A DNA stretch of 64,000 nucleotides from the human T2T-CHM13v2.0 reference genome, Homo sapiens. Below the pieces are notes generated by a model. It was not told where the DNA came from. It saw only the letters and a list, made by a program, of their open reading frames with translations, and did not search any database. Below, one piece after another: positions 23,087 to 37,217 of the stretch; the stretch's first letter is position 1, and every line of letters starts with the position of its first letter. The stretch lies in the NCBI RefSeq assembly GCF_009914755.1, contig NC_060948.1; one strand, written 5' to 3'. A program made the position numbers and the translations under genes.

Positions 23087-26000
23087 ATAGAATGAAAGAG
23101 AATCAAATGGAATTGAATCGAATGGAATCGAATGGATTGGAAAGGAATAGAATGGAATGGAATGGAATTGACTCAAATGGAATGGACTAGAATGGAATGG
23201 ATTCGAATGGAAGGCAAAGGAATGGAATCTATCGGAATGGACAGCAATGGAATGGAAAGGAAGGGATTGGAATGGACTCGAATGGAATGGACTGCAATAG
23301 AAAGGATTCGAATGGAATGAAAAAGAATTGAATGGAATAGAACAGAATGGAATCAAATCGAATGAAATGGAATGGAATAGAAAGGAATGGAATGAAATGG
23401 AATGGAAAGGATTCGAATGGAATGCAATCGAATGGAATGGAATCGAACGGAATGGAATAAAATGGAAGCAAACTGGCAAGAAATGGAATCGAAATGAATG
23501 GAGTGTTATGGAACGGACTCCAAAGGAATTGAATGTAATAGAATGGAGTGGAGTGGACTCGAATATAATGGACTGGAATGGAATGAAATCACATGGAATG
23601 GGAACGAATGGAATGGAATGGAAAGGAATGGAATCGAATGGAAAGGAATCGAATGGAAGGGAATGAAATTGAATCAACAGGAATGGAAGGGAATAGAATA
23701 GACGGTAATGGAATGGACTCGAATAGAATGGACACGAATGCTCAAATTGAATGGACTCGAATGGAATGGAAACGAAAGGAAAGTCAACAAATGGAATTGA
23801 ATCGATTGGAATGAAATCGCATAGAATGGAGTGGAATCAAATGGAATTGAATCGAAAGGAAAGGAAGCGAATGGACTGAAATGAAATGGAATGGAATTGA
23901 ATGGAAAGTAAAGCAATGGAATAGAATGGAACGAAATTTCACGGAATGGAATCAAACTGAATGGAATCAAATCAATGGAATATAATCAAATGGAATGGAA
24001 AGGAATTGAATGGAGTAGATGGGATTGGATGGGATTGGAATGAAATGTACTGGAAAGGACTCGAATTTCATGAAACGGAATGGAATGAATTGGAACGGAA
24101 TGGACTCGAATGGAATGGAATGTCATGGAATGGCATCAAATGGAATGGAATCGAATGCAATGGAATGCTATGGAATGGAATGGAATGCATTGGAATGGAA
24201 TGTCCTCTAATGGAATGGATTCGAGTGGAATGGAATCGAATATAATGGAGTCGAATGAAATGGAATTGAAAGGAATGGGATCGAATACAATGGAATATAC
24301 TGGAATGTAATGTAATGAACTCGAATGTAATTGACTGGAATGGAATGTACATGAATGGAATGTAATCGAATGGAAAGTAATCCAATGGAATAGAATCTAA
24401 TGCAATAAAATCGACTCAGATAGAGTAGAATGTAATGGAATGGAGTGCAGTGCAATGGAATGGAATGGAATGGAATGCAATGGAATGGAATGGAATGGAA
24501 TGGAATGGGATGGAATGGTATGGAATGGATAGTAATGGACTGGAGTGAAATGGACTGGAAAGGAATGGACTCAAATTGAAAGGGCTCGAAAGGAATGGAG
24601 TCAATTGGAATGGTCTGGAATGGAATGAACACGAATGTAATGCAATCCAATAGAATGGAATCGAATGGCATGGAATATAAAGAAATGGAATCGAAGAGAA
24701 TGGAAACAAATGGAATGGAATTGAATGGAATGGAATTGAATGGAATGGGAACGAATGGAGTGAAATTGTATGCAGTAGAAGAGAATAGAATGGAATGCAA
24801 GCGAAAGGAAAGGAATGGATTGGAATGGAATGGAATTCATTGGAATGGAAGGGAATGTAGTGTAATGGACAGGCCTGGAATAAAGTGGAATGCTACGGTC
24901 TCGAATGGAATAAAAATGTATGGAATGGAATGCAATGAAACGGAATCGAATGTCATAGAATGTAATGGAATGCAAAAAAATGGACTCCAAAATCATTGAC
25001 TGGAAAGGCTGGGTGTCGAAAGGAATTGACTCCAATGGAATGGAATCGAATGGAATGGAAGTGAATAGAATCGAACTAAATCGAATGGAATGGAATTGAT
25101 AGGAACGGAATGGAAAGGAATGAAATGATTTGGCATGGAATGGAATCGAATGGCATCGAATGGAATGGAATGGAATGCAATGCAATGGAATGTATTAGAA
25201 TGTAATGAACTTTAATGGAATGTACTCGAATGGATTCGACTGGAATGGAATGTTCTGGAAGTGAATGGACTCCAATGGAATGGATTCAAAAGGAATGGAA
25301 TCGTACGGAATGGAATCTAATGGAATGGAATTAAATGGAAATGAATGAAATTGAATAGCACGGAATTGAATTGAATGGAATCGAATGCAATGGAATCTAA
25401 TGAAACGGAAAGGAAAGGAATGGAATGGAATGGAATGGGCTGGAATGGAAAGGAATCGAAACGAATGGAATGGAATCGAACTGAAGAGACTGGAATGGAA
25501 TGCACTGGAATGGAAGGGAGTGTAATGGAAGGTTCTCGAAAAAAATGGAATCGAATGGAATGGAATTGAATGGAACGGAATAGAGTCGAATGGAATTGAA
25601 TGGAATGGAATGGACTAGAGTGAAATGGAATCGAACCACAAGGAATGGACAGGAATAGAATGGTCTCGAATTGAATGGAATCGTATGGAATGGCATCAAA
25701 CGGAATGGAATGGACAGCCACGGAATGGAATGCACTCGAATGCAATGGAGTCGAAACTAATGGACTGGAATAGAATGGACTCGACTGGTACGGACTCCAA
25801 TGGAATGGAATCGAATGGAAGGGAATCGAACGGAATGGACTCGAAGGGAAAAGATTGCAATGGAAAGGTCTCGAATGGAATGGAAATTAATGGAATGGAA
25901 TGGAATCGAATGAAATGGAGTCAAAAGGAATGGAATCGAATGGCAAGAAATCGAATGTAATGGAATCGCAAGGAATTGATGTGAACGGAACGGAATGGAA

Positions 26001-26615
26001 TGGAATCCAAAGAAATGGAATAGAATGGAATGGAATCGAATGGAAAGAACTCGAATGGAAATCACTCGAATAGAATGCAATTTAATAAAATAGGATGAAA
26101 TGTAATGGAATGGAATGGAAAGGAATCGAAACGAAAGGAATGGAGACAGATGGAATGGAATGGAACAGAGAGCAATGGTATAGAATGGAATGGAATCATC
26201 TGGAATGGAATTGAATGGAATGGAATAATATGAAATGGAATGGAATGGAATGGAATGCCCTTGAATTAAATGGACTGGAATGGAATGGACTCGAACAGAG
26301 TGGAATGGAAAGTGTTGAGATAGAATGGAATGGACTCCTTTGGAATGGTCTAGTATGCAATGCAATGGACTGGCAGGGAATCAAAAGGAATGTAATCGAA
26401 TGGATTGGACTGGAATGCAATGGACTCGAATAGATTGGAAACGGAATGCAAAGGAATGGAATGGAATAGTATGGAATGGAATGGAAAGGAATGGAGTGGA
26501 ATAGACTAGAGTGGAATGGAATGGACTCGAAAGCAATGGACTGGAATGGAACTTTCTTGAATGGACTGGAATCAAACGGAATGGAATGCAATGCAATCAA
26601 ATGGCATGGAATAAA
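23087..26615 (+). repeat. Unit U8 (3529 bp)
   Basis: Spacing 23132->26661; -15 bp at ~24140 and +10 bp at ~24490. Confidence 0.92.
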
Positions 26616-29600
26616 ATAGAATGAAAGAGAATCAAATGGAATTGAATCGAATGGAATCGAATGGATTGGAAAGGAATAGAATGGAATGGAATGGAATTGA
26701 CTCAAATGGAATGGACTACAATGGAATGGATTCGAATGGAAGGCAAAGGAATGGAATCTATCGGAATGGACAGCAATGGAATGGAAAGGAAGGGATTGGA
26801 ATGGACTCGAATGGAATGGACTGCAATAGAAAGGATTCGAATGGAATGAAAAAGAATTGAATGGAATAGAACAGAATGGAATCAAATCGAATGAAATGGA
26901 ATGGAATAGAAAGGAATGGAATGAAATGGAATGGAAAGGATTCGAATGGAATGCAATCGAATGGAATGGAATCGAACGGAATGGAATAAAATGGAAGCAA
27001 ACTGGCAAGAAATGGAATCGAAATGAATGGATTGTTATGGAACGGACTCCAAAGGAATTGAATGTAATAGAATGGAGTGGAGTGGACTCGAATATAATGG
27101 ACTGGAATGGAATGAAATCACATGGAATGGGAACGAATGGAATGGAATGGAAAGGAATGGAATCGAATGGAAAGGAATCGAATGGAAGGGAATGAAATTG
27201 AATCAACAGGAATGGAAGGGAATAGAATAGACGGTAATGGAATGGACTCGAATAGAATGGACACGAATGCTCAAATTGAATGGACTCGAATGGAATGGAA
27301 ACGAAAGGAATGTCATCGAATGGAATTGAATCGATTGGAATGAAATCGCATAGAATGGAGTGGAATCAAATGGAATTGAATCGAAAGGAAAGGAAGCGAA
27401 TGGACTGAAATGAAATGGAATGGAATTGAATGGAAAGTAAAGCAATGGAATAGAATGGAACGAAATTTCACGGAATGGAATCAAACTGAATGGAATCAAA
27501 TCAATGGAATATAATCAAATGGAATGGAAAGGAATTGAATGGAGTAGATGGGATTGGATGGGATTGGAATGAAATGTACTGGAAAGGACTCGAATTTCAT
27601 GAAACGGAATGGAATGAATTGGAACGGAATGGACTCGAATGGAATGGAATGTCATGGAATGGCATCAAATGGAATGGCATCAAATGGAATGGAATCGAAT
27701 GCAATGGAATGCTATGGAATGGAATGGAATGCATTGGAATGGAATGTCCTCTAATGGAATGGATTCGAGTGGAATGGAATCGAATATAATGGAGTCGAAT
27801 GAAATGGAATTGAAAGGAATGGGATCGAATACAATGGAATATACTGGAATGTAATGTAATGAACTCGAATGTAATTGACTGGAATGGAATGTACATGAAT
27901 GGAATGTAATCGAATGGAAAGTAATCCAATGGAATAGAATCTAATGCAATAAAATCGACTCAGATAGAGTAGAATGTAATGGAATGGAGTGCAGTGCAAT
28001 GGAATGGAATGGAATGGAATGCAATGGAATGGAATGGAATGGGATGGAATGGTATGGAATGGATAGTAATGGACTGGAGTGAAATGGACTGGAAAGGAAT
28101 GGACTCAAATTGAAAGGGCTCGAAAGGAATGGAGTCAAATGGAATGGTCTGGAATGGAATGAACACGAATGTAATGCAATCCAATAGAATGGAATCGAAT
28201 GGCATGGAATATAAAGAAATGGAATCGAAGAGAATGGAAACAAACGGAATGGAATTGAATGGAATGGAATTGAATGGAATGGGAACGAATGGAGTGAAAT
28301 TGTATGCAGTAGAAGAGAATAGAATGGAATGCAAGCGAAAGGAAAGGAATGGATTGGAATGGAATGGAATTCATGGGAATGGAAGGGAATGTAGTGTAAT
28401 GGACAGGCCTGGAATAAAGTGGAATGCTACGGTCTCGAATGGAATAAAAATGTATGGAATGGAATGCAAAGAAACGGAATCGAATGTCATAGAATGTAAT
28501 GGAATGCAAAAAAATGGACTCCAAAATCATTGACTGGAAAGGCTGGGTGTCGAAAGGAATTGACTCCAATGGAATGGAATCGAATGGAATGGAAGTGAAT
28601 AGAATCGAACTAAATCGAATGGAATGGAATTGATAGGAACGGAATGGAAAGGAATGAAATGATTTGGCATGGAATGGAATCGAATGGCATCGAATGGAAT
28701 GGAATGGAATGGAATGCAATGGAATGTATTAGAATGTAATGAACTTTAATGGAATGTACTCGAATGGATTCGACTAGAATGGAATGTTCTGGAAGTGAAT
28801 GGACTCCAATGGAATGGATTGAAAAGGAATGGAATCGTACGGAATGGAATCTAATGGAATGGAATTAAATGGAAATGAATGAAATTGAATAGCACGGAAT
28901 TGAATTGAATGGAATCGAATGCAATGGAATCTAATGAAACGGAAAGGAAAGGAATGGAATGGAATGGAATGGGCTGGAATGGAAAGGAATCGAAACGAAT
29001 GGAATGGAATCGAACTGAAGAGACTGGAATGGAATGCACTGGAATGGAAGGGAGTGTAATGGAAGGTTCTCGAAAAAAATGGAATCGAATGGAATGGAAT
29101 TGAATGGAACGGAATAGAGTCGAATGGAATTGAATGGAATGGAATGGACTAGAGTGAAATGGAATCGAACCACAAGGAATGGACAGGAATAGAATGGTCT
29201 CGAATTGAATGGAATCGTATGGAATGGCATCAAACGGAATGGAATGGACAGCCACGGAATGGAATGCACTCGAATGCAATGGAGTCGAAACTAATGGACT
29301 GGAATAGAATGGACTCGACTGGTACGGACTCCAATGGAATGGAATCGAATGGAAGGGAATCGAACGGAATGGACTCGAAGGGAAAAGACTGCAATGGAAA
29401 GGTCTCGAATGGAATGGAAATTAATGGAATGGAATGGAATCGAATGAAATGGAGTCAAAAGGAATGGAATCGAATGGCAAGAAATCGAATGTAATGGAAT
29501 CGCAAGGAATTGATGTGAACGGAACGGAATGGAATGGAATCCAAAGAAATGGAATAGAATGGAATGGAATCGAATGGAAAGAACTCGAATGGAAATCACT

Positions 29601-30149
29601 CGAATAGAATGCAATTTAATAAAATAGGATGAAATGTAACGGAATGGAATGGAAAGGAATCGAAACGAAAGGAATGGAGACAGATGGAATGGAATGGAAC
29701 AGAGAGCAATGGTATAGAATGGAATGGAATCATCTGGAATGGAATTGAATGGAATGGAATAATATGAAATGGAATGGAATGGAATGGAATGCCCTTGAAT
29801 TAAATGGACTGGAATGGAATGGACTCGAACAGAGTGGAATGGAAAGTGTTGAGATAGAATGGAATGGACTCCTTTGGAATGGTCTAGTATGCAATGCAAT
29901 GGACTGGCAGGGAATCAAAAGGAATGTAATCGAATGGATTGGACTGGAATGCAATGGACTCGAATAGATTGGAAACGGAATGCAAAGGAATGGAATGGAA
30001 TAGTATGGAATGGAATGGAAAGGAATGGAGTGGAATAGACTAGAGTGGAATGGAATGGACTCGAAAGCAATGGACTGGAATGGAACTTTCTTGAATGGAC
30101 TGGAATCAAACGGAATGGAATGCAATGCAATCAAATGGCATGGAATAAA
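26616..30149 (+). repeat. Unit U9 (3534 bp)
   Basis: Spacing 26661->30195. Confidence 0.92.
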
Positions 30150-33100
30150 ATAGAATGAAAGAGAATCAAATGGAATTGAATCGAATGCAATCGAATGGAT
30201 TGGAAAGGAATAGAATGGAATGGAATGGAATTGACTCAAATGGAATGGACTAGAATGGAATGGATTCGAATGGAAGGCAAAGGAATGGAATCTATCGGAA
30301 TGGACAGCAATGGAATGGAAAGGAAGGGATTGGAATGGACTCGAATGGAATGGACTGCAATAGAAAGGATTCGAATGGAATGAAAAAGAATTGAATGGAA
30401 TAGAACAGAATGGAATCAAATCGAATGAAATGGAATGGAATAGAAAGGAATGGAATGAAATGGAATGGAAAGGATTCGAATGGAATGCAATCGAATGGAA
30501 TGGAATCGAACGGAATGGAATAAAATGGAAGAAAACTGGCAAGAAATGGAATCGAAATGAATGGAGTGTTATGGAACGGACTCCAAAGGAATTGAATGTA
30601 ATAGAATGGAGTGGAGTGGACTCGAATATAATGGACTGGAATGGAATGAAATCACATGGAATGGGAACGAATGGAATGGAATGGAAAGGAATGGAATCGA
30701 ATGGAAAGGAATCGAATGGAAGGGAATGAAATTGAATCAACAGGAATGGAAGGGAATAGAATAGACGGTAATGGAATGGACTCGAATAGAATGGACACGA
30801 ATGCTCAAATTGAATGGACTCGAATGGAATGGAAACGAAAGGAATGTCATGGAATGGAATTGAATCGATTGGAATGAAATGGCATAGAATGGAGTGGAAT
30901 CAAATGGAATTGAATCGAAAGGAAAGGAAGCGAATGGACTGAAATGAAATGGAATGGAATTGAATGGAAAGTAAAGCAATGGAATAGAATGGAACGAAAT
31001 TTCACGGAATGGAATCAAACTGAATGGAATCAAATCAATGGAATATAATCAAATGGAATGGAAAGGAATTGAATGGAGTAGATGGGATTGGATGGGATTG
31101 GAATGAAATGTACTGGAAAGGACTCGAATTTCATGAAACGGAATGGAATGAATTGGAACGGAATGGACTCGAATGGAATGGAATGTCATGGAATGGCATC
31201 AAATGGAATAGCATCAAATGGAATGGAATCGAATGCAATGGAATGCTATGGAATGGAATGGAATGCATTGGAATGGAATGTCCTCTAATGGAATGGATTC
31301 GAGTGGAATGGAATCGAATATAATGGAGTCGAATGAAATGGAATTGAAAGGAATGGGATCGAATACAATGGAATATACTGGAATGTAATGTAATGAACTC
31401 GAATGTAATTGACTGGAATGGAATGTACATGAATGGAATGTAATCGAATGGAAAGTAATCCAATGGAATAGAATCTAATGCAATAAAATCGACTCAGATA
31501 GAGTAGAATGTAATGGAATGGAGTGCAGTGCAATGGAATGGAATGGAATGGAATGCAATGGAATGGAATGGAATGGGATGGAATGGTATGGAATGGATAG
31601 TAATGGACTGGAGTGAAATGGACTGGAAAGGAATGGACTCAAATTGAAAGGGCTCGAAAGGAATGGAGTCAAATGGAATGGTCTGGAATGGAATGAACAC
31701 GAATGTAATGCAATCCAATAGAATGGAATCGAATGGCATGGAATATAAAGAAATGGAATCGAAGAGAATGGAAACAAACGGAATGGAATTGAATGGAATG
31801 GAATTGAATGGAATGGGAACGAATGGAGTGAAATTGTATGCAGTAGAAGAGAATAGAATGGAATGCAAGCGAAAGGAAAGGAATGGATTGGAATGGAATG
31901 GAATTCATGAGAATGGAAGGGAATGTAGTTTAATGGACAGGCCTGGAATAAAGTGGAATGCTACGGTCTCGAATGGAATAAAAATGTATGGAATGGAATG
32001 CAAAGAAACGGAATCGAATGTCATAGAATGTAATGGAATGCAAAAAAATGGACTCCAAAATCATTGACTGGAAAGGCTGGGTGTCGAAAGGAATTGACTC
32101 CAATGGAATGGAATCGAATGGAATGGAAGTGAATAGAATCGAACTAAATCGAATGGAATGGAATTGATAGGAACGGAATGGAAAGGAATGAAATGATTTG
32201 GCATGGAATGGAATCGAATGGCATCGAATGGAATGGAATGGAATGCAATGCAATGGAATGTATTAGAATGTAATGAACTTTAATGGAATGTACTCGAATG
32301 GATTCGACTGGAATGGAATGTTCTGGAAGTGAATGGACTCCAATGGAATGGATTCAAAAGGAATGGAATCGTACGGAATGGAATCTAATGGAATGGAATT
32401 AAATGGAAATGAATGAAATTGAATAGCACGGAATTGAATTGAATGGAATCGAATGCAATGGAATCTAATGAAACGGAAAGGAAAGGAATGGAATGGAATG
32501 GAATGGGCTGGAATGGAAAGGAATCGAAACGAATGGAATGGAATCGAACTGAAGAGACTGGAATGGAATGCACTGGAATGGAAGGGAGTGTAATGGAAGG
32601 TTCTCGAAAAAAATGGAATCGAATGGAATGGAATTGAATGGAACGGAATAGAGTCGAATGGAATTGAATGGAATGGAATGGACTAGAGTGAAATGGAATC
32701 GAACCACAAGGAATGGACAGGAATAGAATGGTCTCGAATTGAATGGAATCGTATGGAATGGCATCAAACGGAATGGAATGGACAGCCACGGAATGGAATG
32801 CACTCGAATGCAATGGAGTCGAAACTAATGGACTGGAATAGAATGGACTCGACTGGTACGGACTCCAATGGAATGGAATCGAATGGAAGGGAATCGAACG
32901 GAATGGACTCGAAGGGAAAAGATTGCAATGGAAAGGTCTCGAATGGAATGGAAATTAATGGAATGGAATGGAATCGAATGAAATGGAGTCAAAAGGAATG
33001 GAATCGAATGGCAAGAAATCGAATGTAATGGAATCGCAAGGAATTGATGTGAACGGAACGGAATGGAATGGAATCCAAAGAAATGGAATAGAATGGAATG

Positions 33101-33683
33101 GAATCGAATGGAAAGAACTCGAATGGAAATCACTCGAATAGAATGCAATTTAATAAAATAGGATGAAATGTAATGGAATGGAATGGAAAGGAATCGAAAT
33201 GAAAGGAATGGAGACAGATGGAATGGAATGGAACAGAGAGCAATGGTATAGAATGGAATGGAATCATCTGGAATGGAATTGAATGGAATGGAATAATATG
33301 AAATGGAATGGAATGGAATGGAATGCCCTTGAATTAAATGGACTGGAATGGAATGGACTCGAACAGAGTGGAATGGAAAGTGTTGAGATAGAATGGAATG
33401 GACTCCTTTGGAATGGTCTAGTATGCAATGCAATGGACTGGCAGGGAATCAAAAGGAATGTAATCGAATGGATTGGACTGGAATGCAATGGACTCGAATA
33501 GATTGGAAACGGAATGCAAAGGAATGGAATGGAATAGTATGGAATGGAATGGAAAGGAATGGAGTGGAATAGACTAGAGTGGAATGGAATGGACTCGAAA
33601 GCAATGGACTGGAATGGAACTTTCTTGAATGGACTGGAATCAAACGGAATGGAATGCAATGCAATCAAATGGCATGGAATAAA
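30150..33683 (+). repeat. Unit U10 (3534 bp)
   Basis: Spacing 30195->33729. Confidence 0.92.
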
Positions 33684-36600
33684 ATAGAATGAAAGAGAAT
33701 CAAATGGAATTGAATCGAATGGAATCGAATGGATTGGAAAGGAATAGAATGGAATGGAATGGAATTGACTCAAATGGAATGGACTACAATGGAATGGATT
33801 CGAATGGAAGGCAAAGGAATGGAATCTATCGGAATGGACAGCAATGGAATGGAAAGGAAGGGATTGGAATGGACTCGAATGGAATGGACTGCAATAGAAA
33901 GGATTCGAATGGAATGAAAAAGAATTGAATGGAATAGAACAGAATGGAATCAAATCGAATGAAATGGAATGGAATAGAAAGGAATGGAATGAAATGGAAT
34001 GGAAAGGATTCGAATGGAATGCAATCGAATGGAATGGAATCGAACGGAATGGAATAAAATGGAAGCAAACTGGCAAGAAATGGAATCGAAATGAATGGAT
34101 TGTTATGGAACGGACTCCAAAGGAATTGAATGTAATAGAATGGAGTGGAGTGGACTCGAATATAATGGACTGGAATGGAATGAAATCACATGGAATGGGA
34201 ACGAATGGAATGGAATGGAAAGGAATGGAATCGAATGGAAAGGAATCGAATGGAAGGGAATGAAATTGAATCAACAGGAATGGAAGGGAATAGAATAGAC
34301 GGTAATGGAATGGACTCGAATAGAATGGACACGAATGCTCAAATTGAATGGACTCGAATGGAATGGAAACGAAAGGAATGTCATCGAATGGAATTGAATC
34401 GATTGGAATGAAATCGCATAGAATGGAGTGGAATCAAATGGAATTGAATCGAAAGGAAAGGAAGCGAATGGACTGAAATGAAATGGAATGGAATTGAATG
34501 GAAAGTAAAGCAATGGAATAGAATGGAACGAAATTTCACGGAATGGAATCAAACTGAATGGAATCAAATCAATGGAATATAATCAAATGGAATGGAAAGG
34601 AATTGAATGGAGTAGATGGGATTGGATGGGATTGGAATGAAATGTACTGGAAAGGACTCGAATTTCATGAAACGGAATGGAATGAATTGGAACGGAATGG
34701 ACTCGAATGGAATGGAATGTCATGGAATGGCATCAAATGGAATGGCATCAAATGGAATGGAATCGAATGCAATGGAATGCTATGGAATGGAATGGAATGC
34801 ATTGGAATGGAATGTCCTCTAATGGAATGGATTCGAGTGGAATGGAATCGAATATAATGGAGTCGAATGAAATGGAATTGAAAGGAATGGGATCGAATAC
34901 AATGGAATATACTGGAATGTAATGTAATGAACTCGAATGTAATTGACTGGAATGGAATGTACATGAATGGAATGTAATCGAATGGAAAGTAATCCAATGG
35001 AATAGAATCTAATGCAATAAAATCGACTCAGATAGAGTAGAATGTAATGGAATGGAGTGCAGTGCAATGGAATGGAATGGAATGGAATGCAATGGAATGG
35101 AATGGAATGGGATGGAATGGTATGGAATGGATAGTAATGGACTGGAGTGAAATGGACTGGAAAGGAATGGACTCAAATTGAAAGGGCTCGAAAGGAATGG
35201 AGTCAAATGGAATGGTCTGGAATGGAATGAACACGAATGTAATGCAATCCAATAGAATGGAATCGAATGGCATGGAATATAAAGAAATGGAATCGAAGAG
35301 AATGGAAACAAACGGAATGGAATTGAATGGAATGGAATTGAATGGAATGGGAACGAATGGAGTGAAATTGTATGCAGTAGAAGAGAATAGAATGGAATGC
35401 AAGCGAAAGGAAAGGAATGGATTGGAATGGAATGGAATTCATGGGAATGGAAGGGAATGTAGTGTAATGGACAGGCCTGGAATAAAGTGGAATGCTACGG
35501 TCTCGAATGGAATAAAAATGTATGGAATGGAATGCAAAGAAACGGAATCGAATGTCATAGAATGTAATGGAATGCAAAAAAATGGACTCCAAAATCATTG
35601 ACTGGAAAGGCTGGGTGTCGAAAGGAATTGACTCCAATGGAATGGAATCGAATGGAATGGAAGTGAATAGAATCGAACTAAATCGAATGGAATGGAATTG
35701 ATAGGAACGGAATGGAAAGGAATGAAATGATTTGGCATGGAATGGAATCGAATGGCATCGAATGGAATGGAATGGAATGGAATGCAATGGAATGTATTAG
35801 AATGTAATGAACTTTAATGGAATGTACTCGAATGGATTCGACTAGAATGGAATGTTCTGGAAGTGAATGGACTCCAATGGAATGGATTGAAAAGGAATGG
35901 AATCGTACGGAATGGAATCTAATGGAATGGAATTAAATGGAAATGAATGAAATTGAATAGCACGGAATTGAATTGAATGGAATCGAATGCAATGGAATCT
36001 AATGAAACGGAAAGGAAAGGAATGGAATGGAATGGAATGGGCTGGAATGGAAAGGAATCGAAACGAATGGAATGGAATCGAACTGAAGAGACTGGAATGG
36101 AATGCACTGGAATGGAAGGGAGTGTAATGGAAGGTTCTCGAAAAAAATGGAATCGAATGGAATGGAATTGAATGGAACGGAATAGAGTCGAATGGAATTG
36201 AATGGAATGGAATGGACTAGAGTGAAATGGAATCGAACCACAAGGAATGGACAGGAATAGAATGGTCTCGAATTGAATGGAATCGTATGGAATGGCATCA
36301 AACGGAATGGAATGGACAGCCACGGAATGGAATGCACTCGAATGCAATGGAGTCGAAACTAATGGACTGGAATAGAATGGACTCGACTGGTACGGACTCC
36401 AATGGAATGGAATCGAATGGAAGGGAATCGAACGGAATGGACTCGAAGGGAAAAGACTGCAATGGAAAGGTCTCGAATGGAATGGAAATTAATGGAATGG
36501 AATGGAATCGAATGAAATGGAGTCAAAAGGAATGGAATCGAATGGCAAGAAATCGAATGTAATGGAATCGCAAGGAATTGATGTGAACGGAACGGAATGG

Positions 36601-37217
36601 AATGGAATCCAAAGAAATGGAATAGAATGGAATGGAATCGAATGGAAAGAACTCGAATGGAAATCACTCGAATAGAATGCAATTTAATAAAATAGGATGA
36701 AATGTAACGGAATGGAATGGAAAGGAATCGAAACGAAAGGAATGGAGACAGATGGAATGGAATGGAACAGAGAGCAATGGTATAGAATGGAATGGAATCA
36801 TCTGGAATGGAATTGAATGGAATGGAATAATATGAAATGGAATGGAATGGAATGGAATGCCCTTGAATTAAATGGACTGGAATGGAATGGACTCGAACAG
36901 AGTGGAATGGAAAGTGTTGAGATAGAATGGAATGGACTCCTTTGGAATGGTCTAGTATGCAATGCAATGGACTGGCAGGGAATCAAAAGGAATGTAATCG
37001 AATGGATTGGACTGGAATGCAATGGACTCGAATAGATTGGAAACGGAATGCAAAGGAATGGAATGGAATAGTATGGAATGGAATGGAAAGGAATGGAGTG
37101 GAATAGACTAGAGTGGAATGGAATGGACTCGAAAGCAATGGACTGGAATGGAACTTTCTTGAATGGACTGGAATCAAACGGAATGGAATGCAATGCAATC
37201 AAATGGCATGGAATAAA
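33684..37217 (+). repeat. Unit U11 (3534 bp), copy of U9
   Basis: Spacing 33729->37263; ORF translations match those of U9. Confidence 0.92.
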
